The position numbers were made by a program, and so were the translations under genes. From the NCBI GenBank assembly GCA_020137815.1, contig CM035352.1, forward strand, positions 5,394,001 through 5,458,000: 64,000 nucleotides of DNA, in the 5' to 3' direction. The stretch's first letter is position 1. Every line of letters begins with the position of its first letter. The notes below the pieces were generated by a model. The model did no database searches and was not told where the DNA came from. It saw only the letters and a list, made by a program, of their open reading frames with translations. This stretch comes from Hormiphora californensis. Lineage: Eukaryota; Animalia; Ctenophora. Of the stretch, positions 36,006-59,322 are shown one piece after another.

Positions 36006-39000
36006 ATGAAAGAAAAAGAATATCTGGTGGTATTTGCCCATGACTTTCAGGATTTTAGGATTCCGGTAAGTGAGACAACTCCATACTACATGTACAGGGT
36101 GTCCCACTGTCTTTGCGTGACCTGTGATTTTGGGTGATGAGTGGGTTCCATTCAAATGCTCATAACTCATCGAAAAATTGGTCAAAATGGTTCTAACAAA
36201 AACCAGTGTTCTAGAGAATTGTCTGGCGAACATTTTGGTTGCAAGATTGACGTTCCAAGTCTTACCAATCGTCAGATATATCGTCCTAAAGTCAAAAATA
36301 CGTGTTCAAGAAATCAGACCGGGGTTCACGTTTTGAAAAATTCACAAATGCAAAGTTGCTCGGATCACATTACATCCCTCATAAGAGTTGTAGGAAATTG
36401 TCTGGCGGTCATTTTGGTACCCGAGTTTTTGTCCTAGCTCAATGTTTAGAGTGTCTTATGACTGTCTAAAGACGAAATTCAACCAACATTTTTGAGGGGA
36501 TCACGTGTCATCAACAAATGGGTAAAATGGTTTGAAATTTATAAGAGCTTCATTGGAATCGTCTAAGGTTCATTTTGATACCATGATTTTTTCCATAGCT
36601 CTACGTTTTAGTTGCGTTATGACTGTAGGAACATAAAAATTTTCTACGCTGAGTCTTAGTTGGTATCGGCTCACAACGCCTAATTAGGCGGCTCGGTGTC
36701 GTGTGTAATCCCATGATAATCAGCACATATCGTCTCAATTTCATCTAGACACTTGACAGGGTTGTTATGACGATTTGGCAAGGCCCCTGTTAATGTGTAG
36801 GATACGCAAGTGGTCTATCTCAACCCTATCATGCACTAAGATGTTATTCAAGCAGCAATGAGCTTCATAACAGGGCAAAATGTAATGCGATACCTGAGAC
36901 CACTTTTGTGAAAATTCCAGTTCTGACAGTCATAAGACACTCTAAACATTGAGCTAGGACAAAAACCCGGGTACCAAAATGACCGCCTGACAATTTCCTA
37001 CAACTCTTATGAGGGATGCAATGTGATCCGAGCAACTTTGCATTTGTGAATTTTTCAAAACGTGAACCCCGGTCGGATTTCATGAACACGTATTTTTGAC
37101 TTTAAGACGATATATCTGACGGTTGGTAAGACTTGGAACATCAATCTTGTACCCAAATGTTCGCCTGACAATTTTCTACAACACTGTTTTTGGTTGAGCC
37201 GTTTTGACCTATTTTTCGATGAGTTATGAGCATTTGAATGGAACCCACTCATCACCCAAAATCACAGGTCACGCAAAGACAGTGGGACACCCTGTACTAG
37301 TCATGCTCCTAGTACCTACTGTTATGTTCTAAGTTAGAACTTCTAACCCTCCTTTACATTTGTGTTTCGCGGGCGGGGCGTGCGAAACACAGTCTAGCTA
37401 GTCCCTAGTCCCTACTAGTCAGGCTCCTAGTCCCTATTTACCTCGATCGACTGTTGAAGGAGGAACATGTCAAATTCCTAGTAATCACCCTAATATTACC
37501 CACTTCCACCCCTCTTCCTATAACAGGAGCTGTTGAGTGTGTAATCACCCTAATATTACCCACTTCCACCCCTCACTCTTCCTATAATAACAGGAGCTGT
37601 TGAGTGTGTAATCACCCTAATATTACCCACTTCCACCCCTCACTCTTCCTATAACAGGAGCTGTTGAGTGTGTGTGAGATGAAGGGAGTGAAGATAGAGA
37701 TAGAAGGTGCGAGTAACCAGCATCCCTATTGTTTTATTACGGTCCAGCAGGAGAGTGATATCCACACCATTCTCAGCAGGTATTGAGAGGGGCACTGTAT
37801 AGCAGGTATTGTAATGAATATATATACCCTCTCTTGTACCCCCTCGAGAAACTTTTCAACACTACTTTAAACAAATAAATTTGAGCTGTGAGCACTGATA
37901 ATTGGTGTCATTTAATTGACATCATGAAACATATATGTTTGCCACAACCTAAAGTGTTTCAATTTGTTATATGAACGATTACACACTACTCCCCCTTCCC
38001 TCCCCTCCCAGATGTGTAATGATTCAGTTTATAGTGGAGGTATGGGAGAAGTGTACAAGTAGAAAGGAGTTATGTGCCGCCTCCTTCACTGGATACCACT
38101 CCTCCACTTCATTCAACATTCTACTACACTCTTTTGGACGGAAAGTAGCCATGGCTGATAAGATTGAGCTAATTGAACAGATAGAACACCTTCCTTTAGA
38201 GTGAGTTCAACTACCCAAATCCCACTTGTTACTCTATTTGCTATTGAAATGAGAGATTTCCTCTATCCATATCCCCTCTCCTCCAATCTTCATGCTCTCT
38301 CCATCTCCCACAGTGGAACAGTGAACTGCGTCCACCCAGACCAAGTGTACTACATCTGTGAGCGGTACGCCCCCAACACCCCCACCCCCGACATGGTTGT
38401 GTTTGGACCTCTAGTGGGGAGAAGTGATAGGAACGTGGTGGATAGGTTCGCTGTGAAGAAGCGGCTTTATATTGGACGAACCACAATGGATGCACAGTTG
38501 TCTTTTGTGATGGCTAACTTGGCAAAGGTAAGCTGAATCAGAACTGGTGGACCAATATCTTATTGGGTCCATCCCTACCTAGAACTGGTGGGCCCAATAT
38601 CTTCTGTTGTTGGGTCCATCCCTACCTAGAACTGGTGGGCCCACAGACACCCACACTACACGTGTGTTCTCGGATCACGTGACCTATGTGAGATCATGTG
38701 GCAGTACCAGAAGTCAGAACTGGTGGGCCCAATATCTTCTGATAATGGGTCCAGATCCCTACCAGTAAACCTCTGTTTTCTCCCATTGTTCCCTCTAATC
38801 TAACAACTAACTTGTCGCCATGGCAACCCCCCAGATCTAAACAACTAACTTGTCAACTCCCATCATCCCTGTTTCAGTAGACAGAGCGTGGTGAGTTTGT
38901 ATATGATCCTTTCCTGGGGACTGGATCTCTTATTATACCACCTGCCTACCACGGGGCATATGGAATGGGCTCTGATATCGACCTAAAGGCTCTTCACGGT

Positions 39001-41383
39001 TGGGGTAAGTTATTATCAGGAACCGACCGAAACAAGTAAACAACCAATCAGAACTCGTCGTTTAGGTCACGTGACTGGTTATTAGCCAATCAGGGACCAG
39101 TATTTCCTGATTCGGTCGGTTCCTGGTTATTATCAGTTTCGAGAGTCAGGTTCAAGTGTAAATTCAAGTCGCCTAACATTTCCTAAATCCCCAGGTAAAT
39201 CCACCAAAGCAACAGAAATCGAATACCAAGAAAACCAAAACATAGCGGGGAATATGGAATCGTACTCTCTTTCTAATCGATACCTGGGATGTTACAGTTC
39301 GGATTTCTCGTCGGGACTTCTCCGGGACACGCCCCTTTTTGATGTGATTCTAACAGACCCACCATACGGGATCAGAGAGGCTTCACTAAAGGTCAACAAA
39401 GACATAAAGAATTCTCAGTTCTCTTTATCAGAACAGTTCTTGGAGCTGTTAAACTTTGCTGCTACCCATCTTGTTACAGGTAACTGATTCCACCCCTTCA
39501 TGACATTATCCTTCCCCGCTACATCCCTCATCCCTTCCCCTCACTTCCCCGCCACCCCTCATCTCTCTTGGATTCAGTTTTATGTTCGGCAATCAGACAG
39601 TTTGACTTGCTGAACATGAGTACACACGGTGTCCCTTAAGAAGGTGAAACCTCGGCTAGAATAAGTTTTTTGGAGACCGGACCTAGGTTACGTATTTTTG
39701 ACCGAGGAATCCGAAAAACATAAAATTAAAATCGAAAACGTAGCGGTTTTTGCGTAAAACGGCAAAAACTGTCATTTTTCAGCGATTTTCGACTTTTTAC
39801 GCTTTCTAGAGATTTAAAAAATATTTCCTTACAAGATATGATCTTGTGCTTCTAGACTAATAAAATACAATCGATTTGCTACAAATTGGTCCCGGGTTTG
39901 TGTGATTTGGTCAAAAGCTCTCTTTACTGTGGCCCATCAAAGATGGCCACTCTGCAAATATGTATTTGGCTCCTGTGGCTGCAGATGTAAACCAAAAGAA
40001 GATTTATTACACACTAAAATTTGCGTCTTGTCAAGGCGAACAAACTGGTTTTTACGGCATTCCATTTCATGCAGGCGTTGAGGAGTTACAGCTGAAAAAC
40101 TGGTACAGTGGATTTTGGAAATACCCCTACTTCAACAAACCCTAATCCAAATAAGATTTCGAAAAATATACATCTGCATACATGAAAATGAAGCTCAGGC
40201 AAATGCCAACGTGATGCAAAAAACGGGAAGTGTCTAACTTATTTCGTTTAGAAGCTATAGCCAAAGTAAAAGTGCTTATATTTGCCTTGAAAACACCCTC
40301 TAAAAACCATACTTTTAGACAATTTCTGACAATTTAAAACAAATTCTGTCCACAGGGGGCTAAGTTGGTGCACTGGAGGTGACATTTTATTCGTATTGCA
40401 TTTTTAGACAGATTTGCTGTTTTTCAGGGCTTTTAGAGGGTGTTTTCAAGGCAAATATAAGCACTTTTACTTTGGCTATAGCTTCTAAACGAAATAAGTT
40501 AGACACTTCCCGTTTTTTGCATCACGTTGGCATTTGCCTGAGCTTCATTTTCATGTATGCAGATGTATATTTTTCGAAATCTTATTTGGATTAGGGTTTG
40601 TTGAAGTAGGGGTATTTCCAAAATCCACTGTACCAGTTTTTCAGCTGTAACTCCTCAACGCCTGCATGAAATGGAATGCCGTAAAAACCAGTTTGTTCGC
40701 CTTGACAAGACGCAAATTTTAGTGTGTAATAAATCTTCTTTTGGTTTACATCTGCAGCCACAGGAGCCAAATACATATTTGCAGAGTGGCCATCTTTGAT
40801 GGGCCACAGTAAAGAGAGCTTTTGACCAAATCACACAAACCCGGGACCAATTTGTAGCAAATCGATTGTATTTTATTAGTCTAGAAGCACAAGATCATAT
40901 CTTGTAAGGAAATATTTTTTAAATCTCTAGAAAGCGTAAAAAGTCGAAAATCGCTGAAAAATGACAGTTTTTGCCGTTTTACGCAAAAACCGCTACGTTT
41001 TCGATTTTAATTTTATGTTTTTCGGATTCCTCGGTCAAAAATACGTAACCTAGGTCCGGTCTCCAAAAAACTTATTCTAGCCGAGGTTTCACCTCCTTAA
41101 GGGACACCGTGTACAATGTACTCTCCTTTCCCTCTCCCACCCAGGTGGCCGTCTCGCATACTGGTTACCTATAATCAGGGATCTATATCAAGGTGATGTA
41201 TCGCTACCCCAGCACCCTGCCTTCCAGCTAGTATACAACTGTGAGCAGGTCTTCAGTAGAAAGAGCTCGAGGAGATTGGTAGTGATGTTGAAAACGCGAG
41301 AGAGAAATGAGGGTGAGACTAGTTTTGTTGTTGGAGATTCCGCTCACGGACAATACAGAGATTTATATTTTGCGAAGAATTGA
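36006..41383 (+). CDS. TRMT11: tRNA (guanine-10-N2)-methyltransferase; exons ~36006-36065, 37658-37779, 38012-38200, 38314-38527, 38881-39004, 39195-39479, 41145-41383
   Basis: YLVVFAHDFQDFRIPE, KKRLYIGRTTMDAQLSFVMANLA, VYDPFLGTGS, GSDID, FDVILTDPPYGIRE, GGRLAYWLP. Confidence 0.93.
36095..37294. mobile_element. Tc1/mariner-type non-autonomous element with ~370-bp TIRs
   Basis: TA-CAGGGTGTCCCAC...GTGGGACACCCTG-TA. Confidence 0.9.
37481..37670 (+). repeat. Three ~60-67 bp tandem copies spanning the TRMT11 intron1/exon2 junction
   Basis: Unit GTAATCACCCTAATATTACCCACTTCCACCCCTC..TTCCTATAACAGGAGCTGTTGAGTGT. Confidence 0.9.
39017..39125. mobile_element. 109-bp hAT-type MITE, copy 2
   Basis: Same TIRs as 16154-16262; 8-bp TSD GTTATTAT. 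A degraded third copy lies at ~14676-14762. Confidence 0.9.
39625..41111. mobile_element. Foldback element with ~680-bp near-perfect inverted arms
   Basis: CACGGTGTCCCTTAAG... is mirrored; identical ORFs at 39960-40145 (+) and 40591-40776 (-). Confidence 0.92.
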
Positions 41384-42497
41384 GCTATTCTTAGAATTTT
41401 AATTAATTGAACAATTTAGATACGTGTCTTAGTTTGTGCAAAGACATGAACAATGGAGAAATGTCGAAATCTGGGGTTTTCAGACTGACCTTAAAAATGT
41501 GCCGCGCAAATATTTTCCGCGCACAAGATGCAAAATTGGTGCGCGCGGGTCATGTGAGCTGGATTAAAGTCCGTTTCAAGCGACTTGACCCGTAATTCTT
41601 GGAATTTGGCGCATTGCGCGTGTATTTACAAAGGGGAAATCCTGAATTTCCAGGAATCTCAGGTCAAGTCGTTTGAAACGCACTTTATTATTTTTTAAAG
41701 TCGCTTTTTTTGTTTCTTCTTTTCAAATTTTTGAAAAGCGCTGCCTTATCCCGCGCTGCGGGGGCCAGCAACGTTTGCCAATTCAAATTTTGAAAAGCGC
41801 TGTGTCAATTTCAAATTTGTGAAAGAACTTCGGTTTAATCGTTCCCATTTCGCTTAAAACACTACTTTTTAATTAATTCCGAAACTTGAAAAGCGCTCGC
41901 ACTACCAAACACAAACTTGCTGCAGTGCGTGATCGGTGATTTTCGACGGCTCACCAGCGTAGGCCAAGTCAACCCCTTGCACCAGATATTGGCGTCCCTT
42001 CATGCATTTGCCGCTCAACAGAGGAGCCTGTAGCTCATTTTAAACCCACAAGATAGAAAATTATGGTGTTGAAAAGTGCTCCATTATCCCACACTGCTGC
42101 GGAGGGGCCTGTAGCAAATGCCAAAGTCCGGTGCCGTGTACTGCACGGCGTACTGCTTCAGTGTTTTCTTTAATCTTCAGTGTTTTCTTTAATCTTAGAC
42201 TTCAGAATATCGAAACTGCACATACTGCTCTTTTGAAACTGAAAACCTGCGACTCAGACAGAGACATTCAAATTCCAACCCACACTGGGTTACTATTTCT
42301 CCACCTCTCTTCATTGCTATTTCTATTAGATGGATATGAACGGAAGCTGATAAGATTTATTGATTATATATGGACAGCTGCGGAGATTTGACGATGGAGA
42401 GCTAAAGTGATGTCTACCACACGTGTTACCCTCAACCTATCTGTAAAGGTATGATCTGATACTTAGTTACTTTTAGTGAATTCGCCGAGTCATTATA

Positions 42498-43371
42498 CCG
42501 TGTGCGGCAAAAAAAATGCCCCCCCTAGACCACCATAGTTGCCGATGTGGTGGAGAGCTGTAACTTGGCAGGGTTGCTCCACTATGTCTATCTTGATCCT
42601 GACAGAAAAATCAGAGCTCTAGCTCAAAATTCATTTTTTTGATAGGAATGAACATTGTCATTCATTCCAAGAAAAAAATATTTTCGGTCCAGAATTCAAG
42701 CAATTATCTTTGGCCATCGATTAGCTTTCCAATGTGACCAAGATCATCTAAATTGGGCAACCACAAGAGACACAGTGTCATGTTTCTTTAAGTTAGTCAG
42801 GTCATGTGATCTTCACCGAATCGTTGATTATCCGGGATTGCTAATCGAGCCAATGGGCAGAGGAATCTCGTATCACGGCCGCTAATGAGGTATGTGTACC
42901 AATACAGGGTAATGTGATTCGAGGAAAGAGGACATTTATCAAAGAGCTACAGATCTCATGACCAATCAGCATCGTCATCCCTCATTAGTAGCCGTGATAC
43001 GTGATTCTCTACCACTTAGACCGATTCGTAATACTGAACACTCAACGATTCGGTGAAGATCACATGACCTGACTAACTTTAAGAAACATGACACTGTGTC
43101 TCTTGTGGTTGCCCAATTTAGATGATCTTGGTCACATTGGAAAGCTAATCGATGGCCAAAGATAATTGCTTGAATTCTGGACCGAAAATATTTTTTTCTT
43201 GGAATGAATGACAATGTTCATTCCTATCAAAAAAATGAATTTTGAGCTAGAGCTCTGATTTTTCTGTCAGGATCAAGATAGACATAGTGGAGCAACCCTG
43301 CCAAGTTACAGCTCTCCACCACATCGGCAACTATGGTGGTCTAGGGGGGGCATTTTTTTTGCCGCACACGG
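42498..43371. mobile_element. TA-flanked element with ~330-bp TIRs
   Basis: TA-CCGTGTGCGGCAAAAAAAATGCCCC...GCCGCACACGG-TA. Confidence 0.9.
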
Positions 43372-43428
43372 TAGTATCGAGGTATCACAGACATGACCCT
43401 CTACATCTCTCCCTGCAGGTTACACATA

Positions 43429-54791
<11,363 letters not shown>

Positions 54792-54831
54792 TTTAGGTCC
54801 ATTATCTCGGACCGGAATATGTGATTGTATC

Positions 54832-54971
<140 letters not shown>

Positions 54972-54984
54972 GAGAGAGTGAGAA

Positions 54985-55024
<40 letters not shown>

Positions 55025-56112
55025 GAGTTTCAGTGACTCTATTACTCGCCTTCATGTGTGTGTATTGCTCTTACTAATAACTAAATAAAATGTAAAAATG
55101 TTGTTTTGTACAATAGCGCTTATTTTATTCTTATTTTACAGCAATGAAAATGAGAAAAAAATCAGAAAGAAATTTTACATTAAAAACATTATAAAAATGA
55201 TGTGCATAGATTATATTATATCTGTGTCTATATGTGCTCTGATCTGGACATTATATATTAGCAGTTGTTTATTTAATACTGCCTCAGAGCTGTCTCAGTA
55301 TTAATCCGTACTGATATATTTGATTGAAAACAGAGAAACAGAGAAAAAAAGAAATGTGTAACTGGGAATGTTTAGATTGTGTGAGGGTCGGGTTTTTCTA
55401 GTAGCTGTTAGCTATGTATAAAGGGTTCACCCCTTCAGCTTGGTTATTACATAAGACCCCGGTATTAGTTATTTGCGGGTAGGTTTATGTCACAACGTGG
55501 CAGTCACGTGATATATAGGGTGTGATAAAGAGGCGGAAAAAGAGAACTATTTTTCGTTTTTTCCTCATATTTTTGGAATCGAGACCTCCTGAATGTGAGA
55601 AATTAGCTTTTATCTTTTTTATTTTCAGACAAAGAGAGAGAGAGGGAGGATCGTTGTGTTTTAATTGTATATGGGTCGTGTTTTACCTCATCACTAATAG
55701 TGTGTTGCTGTCAGTGTACCGCACGAGTAATTTGGATCACAGTGTACCATGTGAATCTGCTCGTTTGGGGCAAGATCAGAGAGGGAGGGAGACCTGTCAG
55801 AGCATTGGCCTGACAGAGGGAGACTGAGAAAGAGAGAGGAGAAGCGATGTTATATTTCCCACACGAGAAGGGTGACGAGCTACCAAATTCTGATCTTGCC
55901 CAACGAGCATGTTAACGGCCCATTCACGTCTCCAGTTGGTTTTCTCATGGGCTTGTGTGTGCGTGTGTGTGTTGCCATTTCAATTGTATATCGTTATATA
56001 TTTGTATTAAAGTGAACTCAACTTGAGTCGCTACCAAAAAGTTTATTTGTTTGATATTATTTTAGTAACACGGAATAAACACAACAAGTTAATTGGGTCA
56101 ATTAATTATAAA

Positions 56113-57513
56113 TTAACCAACGATTTGAGCAATGATCTTCTTGATCTCAGCGAGGGTCTTGGCAGTCAGTTCCACATCCCCACACACCTCCAGGTAGTCC
56201 TGTTGTGCAGTCACAGAGGTCTTCTTCAGTAGCACCCACTCTTTAATTGGGAGAGTGAATCCTTGGTTCAGTACATTGTTAACCATGGGTTCCACCGTGT
56301 TCTTCAGGATGGTGTCCATGAGGCCCTCCAGGTCCTTTACAGGTCCAACCTTGGTGTCTAGCAGCTTACTGACATGTGTAATGGAGGTAACGCTGGCAGT
56401 GATATCACCCCCAGACACACTAACAACACCACTGACACCCAGGGTGGTAGAGGCGGTGATCACCTTGATGCCTGCCACCTCCAACACCACATTCACGGGC
56501 AGGTGGAGGAGAATGTTCTGGTGGAGGAACTGGATGGTTGGGTACCTGGTGTTGGTAACCTTGTAGGTGATGGGGGTGTCAGGGTGAGCTGAGTAGAGAC
56601 CAGGCAGTTTGGTCTTGTAGTAGGCAGTGTTCATTAGAGGGTTACTCGCAGCCACCCACTTGTTGGGCAGCTTCTCCACTATCTTGCCAGCGTTGAGAGC
56701 TGCAAAACTGGCAGTATTGAGGGTGTAGTCGGATAGAAGGATACAACCCATGTAGCCAGGCAGCATGGCCCCACTGATACCTGTGGGTTTGAAGGGGAAG
56801 GACTGGCCACCAGCTGATACCTGGGCGGGAAGGTCGATCTGGTTCTTAGAGAAGGCGGGGTTAGCATCAGGGCCAAACTTGACAGACATCACATTGGGGA
56901 TGTCAATCTCGTGGGGAATAGAGGCAATGACACCATTTAGGGTGGTCCTGAGGACACCGCTAATCTCATTACACACCGACTTCTTGATCTCTCCCTTGAC
57001 CGTGTCTTCAAAGAATGACACGATCCAGCTGTAGAATGAGTTGTGAAGGTCAATATAGAAGCTCCTGTATGAGACTGAGCAACCCTTGGGGACAGTGGCA
57101 AACCTATTGTTCACCATATCTGCATAGGCCCCTGCAGTAACACTGAGGTCCAGTTTGGATGTCAGGGTCAGGGATCCGGTGACAGAGATCCAACCATTAT
57201 ACCTCCAGTTTCCCTTAACCTGCAGCTGTACCCCCGGGGTCCTCACATTCAGTCCAGTGTTGGGGATCACACTGAGAACTGGTTTCTCCAGTTTCAGTCC
57301 AGATAACCTCAGTCCTGTGATGTCCACATCTCCCTTAATGTCAGGGAGTTTCAGACCTCCCGCTGCAAATTTCTCCAGCTCTGTTAGCATGTGAGCGCTA
57401 ACATCACTAGCAAAGTTCAGCCCAGATTGGCCGATAGAAAGCCTGAGGGATTCCTTAGCTGTTCCGACATTAGCGGAGACCGCTCCAAGACAGAGGACAA
57501 GGATTAGGATCAT
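56113..57513 (-). CDS. Secreted LBP/BPI (TULIP) family lipid-binding protein, intronless, 466 aa
   Basis: Signal peptide, LSIGQSGLNFA N-terminal motif, LPDIKG, conserved Cys pair (KGCSV...SVCNEI), LLSDYTLNTA, and C-terminal NNVLNQGFTLP..QDYLEV. Confidence 0.88.
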   Translation of the reverse strand: MILILVLCLGAVSANVGTAKESLRLSIGQSGLNFASDVSAHMLTELEKFAAGGLKLPDIKGDVDITGLRLSGLKLEKPVLSVIPNTGLNVRTPGVQLQVKGNWRYNGWISVTGSLTLTSKLDLSVTAGAYADMVNNRFATVPKGCSVSYRSFYIDLHNSFYSWIVSFFEDTVKGEIKKSVCNEISGVLRTTLNGVIASIPHEIDIPNVMSVKFGPDANPAFSKNQIDLPAQVSAGGQSFPFKPTGISGAMLPGYMGCILLSDYTLNTASFAALNAGKIVEKLPNKWVAASNPLMNTAYYKTKLPGLYSAHPDTPITYKVTNTRYPTIQFLHQNILLHLPVNVVLEVAGIKVITASTTLGVSGVVSVSGGDITASVTSITHVSKLLDTKVGPVKDLEGLMDTILKNTVEPMVNNVLNQGFTLPIKEWVLLKKTSVTAQQDYLEVCGDVELTAKTLAEIKKIIAQIVG

Positions 57514-57548
57514 GTTTAGAGCTGTGCAGGGGTTGAGTAGGTGGGGGC

Positions 57549-57555
57549 CTTTATA
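57549..57555 (-). promoter_or_regulatory. Candidate TATA box of the LBP/BPI gene
   Basis: Minus-strand GGGGTATAAAGGCCCC about 35 nt upstream of the ATG. Confidence 0.5.
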
Positions 57556-58675
57556 CCCCTCTCCAGTCCACTGATCCAGCTGCTGACCACTTGTTAATAA
57601 AGGACACCGACAATGAGCTGATCTCTAGAGAGAAGATCCAGGTGGTAAAATTAGTAAAGTTAGTAAAGCTTTGAAGTTTGTGGGATATTTTGACAATAAC
57701 ACTGACAGGTCGAGGCAGGTGAACTCTTTTGTTATCACGTCGAGGCTTGAATTAAGAGTTTCACGACGGTCTCTAACTGCCCTTACCACACCTGGACAGC
57801 TGGGTGGGAGGGGGATTAGGGGCTTGGTGCTAAGTGGCCCGCCTTTACAAGGCCATGTTGACAGTTACAGTTGCTACAGATTCAATTGGGATATTATAGC
57901 ACCACGCCTTTCACAACCCGTTTTTCTATATTACTATTAGCAGACCAGCAGGTTCTGAAAGGCGTGGTCGCGCTTTATCAGGCAGGTAGGTATAGTCGCT
58001 GATATGAAGCAAGAGCCAGGTACTATAGCATATAATTTACAGAATTATTGATTAGCAGCTGTTGAGAGAACAACAAACAAGAATATAACTGAGGGATGAA
58101 TGGTAAAACAAATTAGTACAACATCACGGGGACAACACCCTTGGAACAATATAATATCTTTCAAGAGACAACAATACGTGTCACTTCGCGGGCATTATAC
58201 CAAAAATAGGCAAATTAAGTCAGGAATATAATACAGACCAGTCCCGCTGGTCCACATCATCTTTTGGTCAACATTTAGAAATTCAAACGGTTTCGCGTGG
58301 ACTTGCCAAACGGTCTGATGAGATGATACACACACATTTAACAACTCAAAATCAGACTCTGATTCAGAGTTTAAAAAGCACTGTCTCATTATTCAGTTCA
58401 TGTGAGTCCTCTCAGAATTCATCCTCATCATGTTCTCTCCCCTGATCGTCCACCCTTAACGTGCTCCCTTCATCATACCCATAGGTGTATGTTTGGTCGA
58501 TATTCAGGGTGTTCATGGTCTCTTCGTACTCGATCCTATTGTGAACCTTTCTATACATGTCGTTACGTAGTACATCTTCAGATAGACCCTGGAGAGAGAG
58601 GGTAGCTGTTAGATTGGACGATTAGAATAAACTTTAGTGAGACGTGGGGTTCAAAGACTCTCCCTGATTAACTTA

Positions 58676-58764
58676 ATCAGGGAGAGTGACTCATTAAGGG
58701 AGAGTGACTCATTAAGGGAGAGTGACTCATTAAGGGAGAGTGACTCATTAAGGGAGAGTGACTC
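58676..58764. repeat. 18-bp tandem repeat (AGGGAGAGTGACTCATTA), ~5 copies
   Basis: Direct tandem array. Confidence 0.92.
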
Positions 58765-58895
58765 TCAACACATTTGTTGTGTGTATACCTGTGATGAGAA
58801 CTCATTAAAGAGTGTTTTGAAGATAATTGACACTGCTGCTAACTGGAAGGGATGTAGATCGATATTCTCTCTATCATCCAGCCAACCCTCGATCC

Positions 58896-59322
58896 GTGAT
58901 AATAGACAACTGTACCTAGGGGGGGGGGGGGTGATAATAGACAACTGTACCTAGAGGGGGGGGGGGGTGATAGTAGACAACTGTACCTAGAGGGGGGTGG
59001 GGTGATAATAGACAACTGTACCTAGAGGGGGGTGGGGTGGGGTGATAGTAGACAACTGTACCTAGAGGGGGGGGGGGTGGGGTGATAATAGACAACTGTA
59101 CCTAGGGGGGGGGGGGGTGATGGTAGACAACTGTACCTAGAGGGGAGGGGGTGCGGGGTGATAATAGACAACTGCAGTACCTAGAGGGGGGGGGTGATAG
59201 TAGACAACTGTACCTAGAGGGGGGTGGGGTGATAGTAGACAACTGTACCTAGAGGGGGTGGGGTGATAATAGACAACTGTACCTAGAGGGGTGTAGGGGT
59301 GATAATAGACAACTGTACCTAG
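58896..59322. repeat. G-rich minisatellite: GTGATARTAGACAACTGTACCTAG plus variable G-runs, ~11 copies
   Basis: Direct tandem array of ~36-43 bp units. Confidence 0.92.

Noticed and set aside
37430-37480. Alternative TRMT11 first exon (IYLDRLLKEEHVKFL)
   Set aside because: No suitable ATG; exon 36006-36065 matches the family better and splices in phase.
58896-59322. CRISPR-like repeat-spacer pattern
   Set aside because: Spacers are G-runs rather than unique sequences, the context is eukaryotic, and there are no cas genes.
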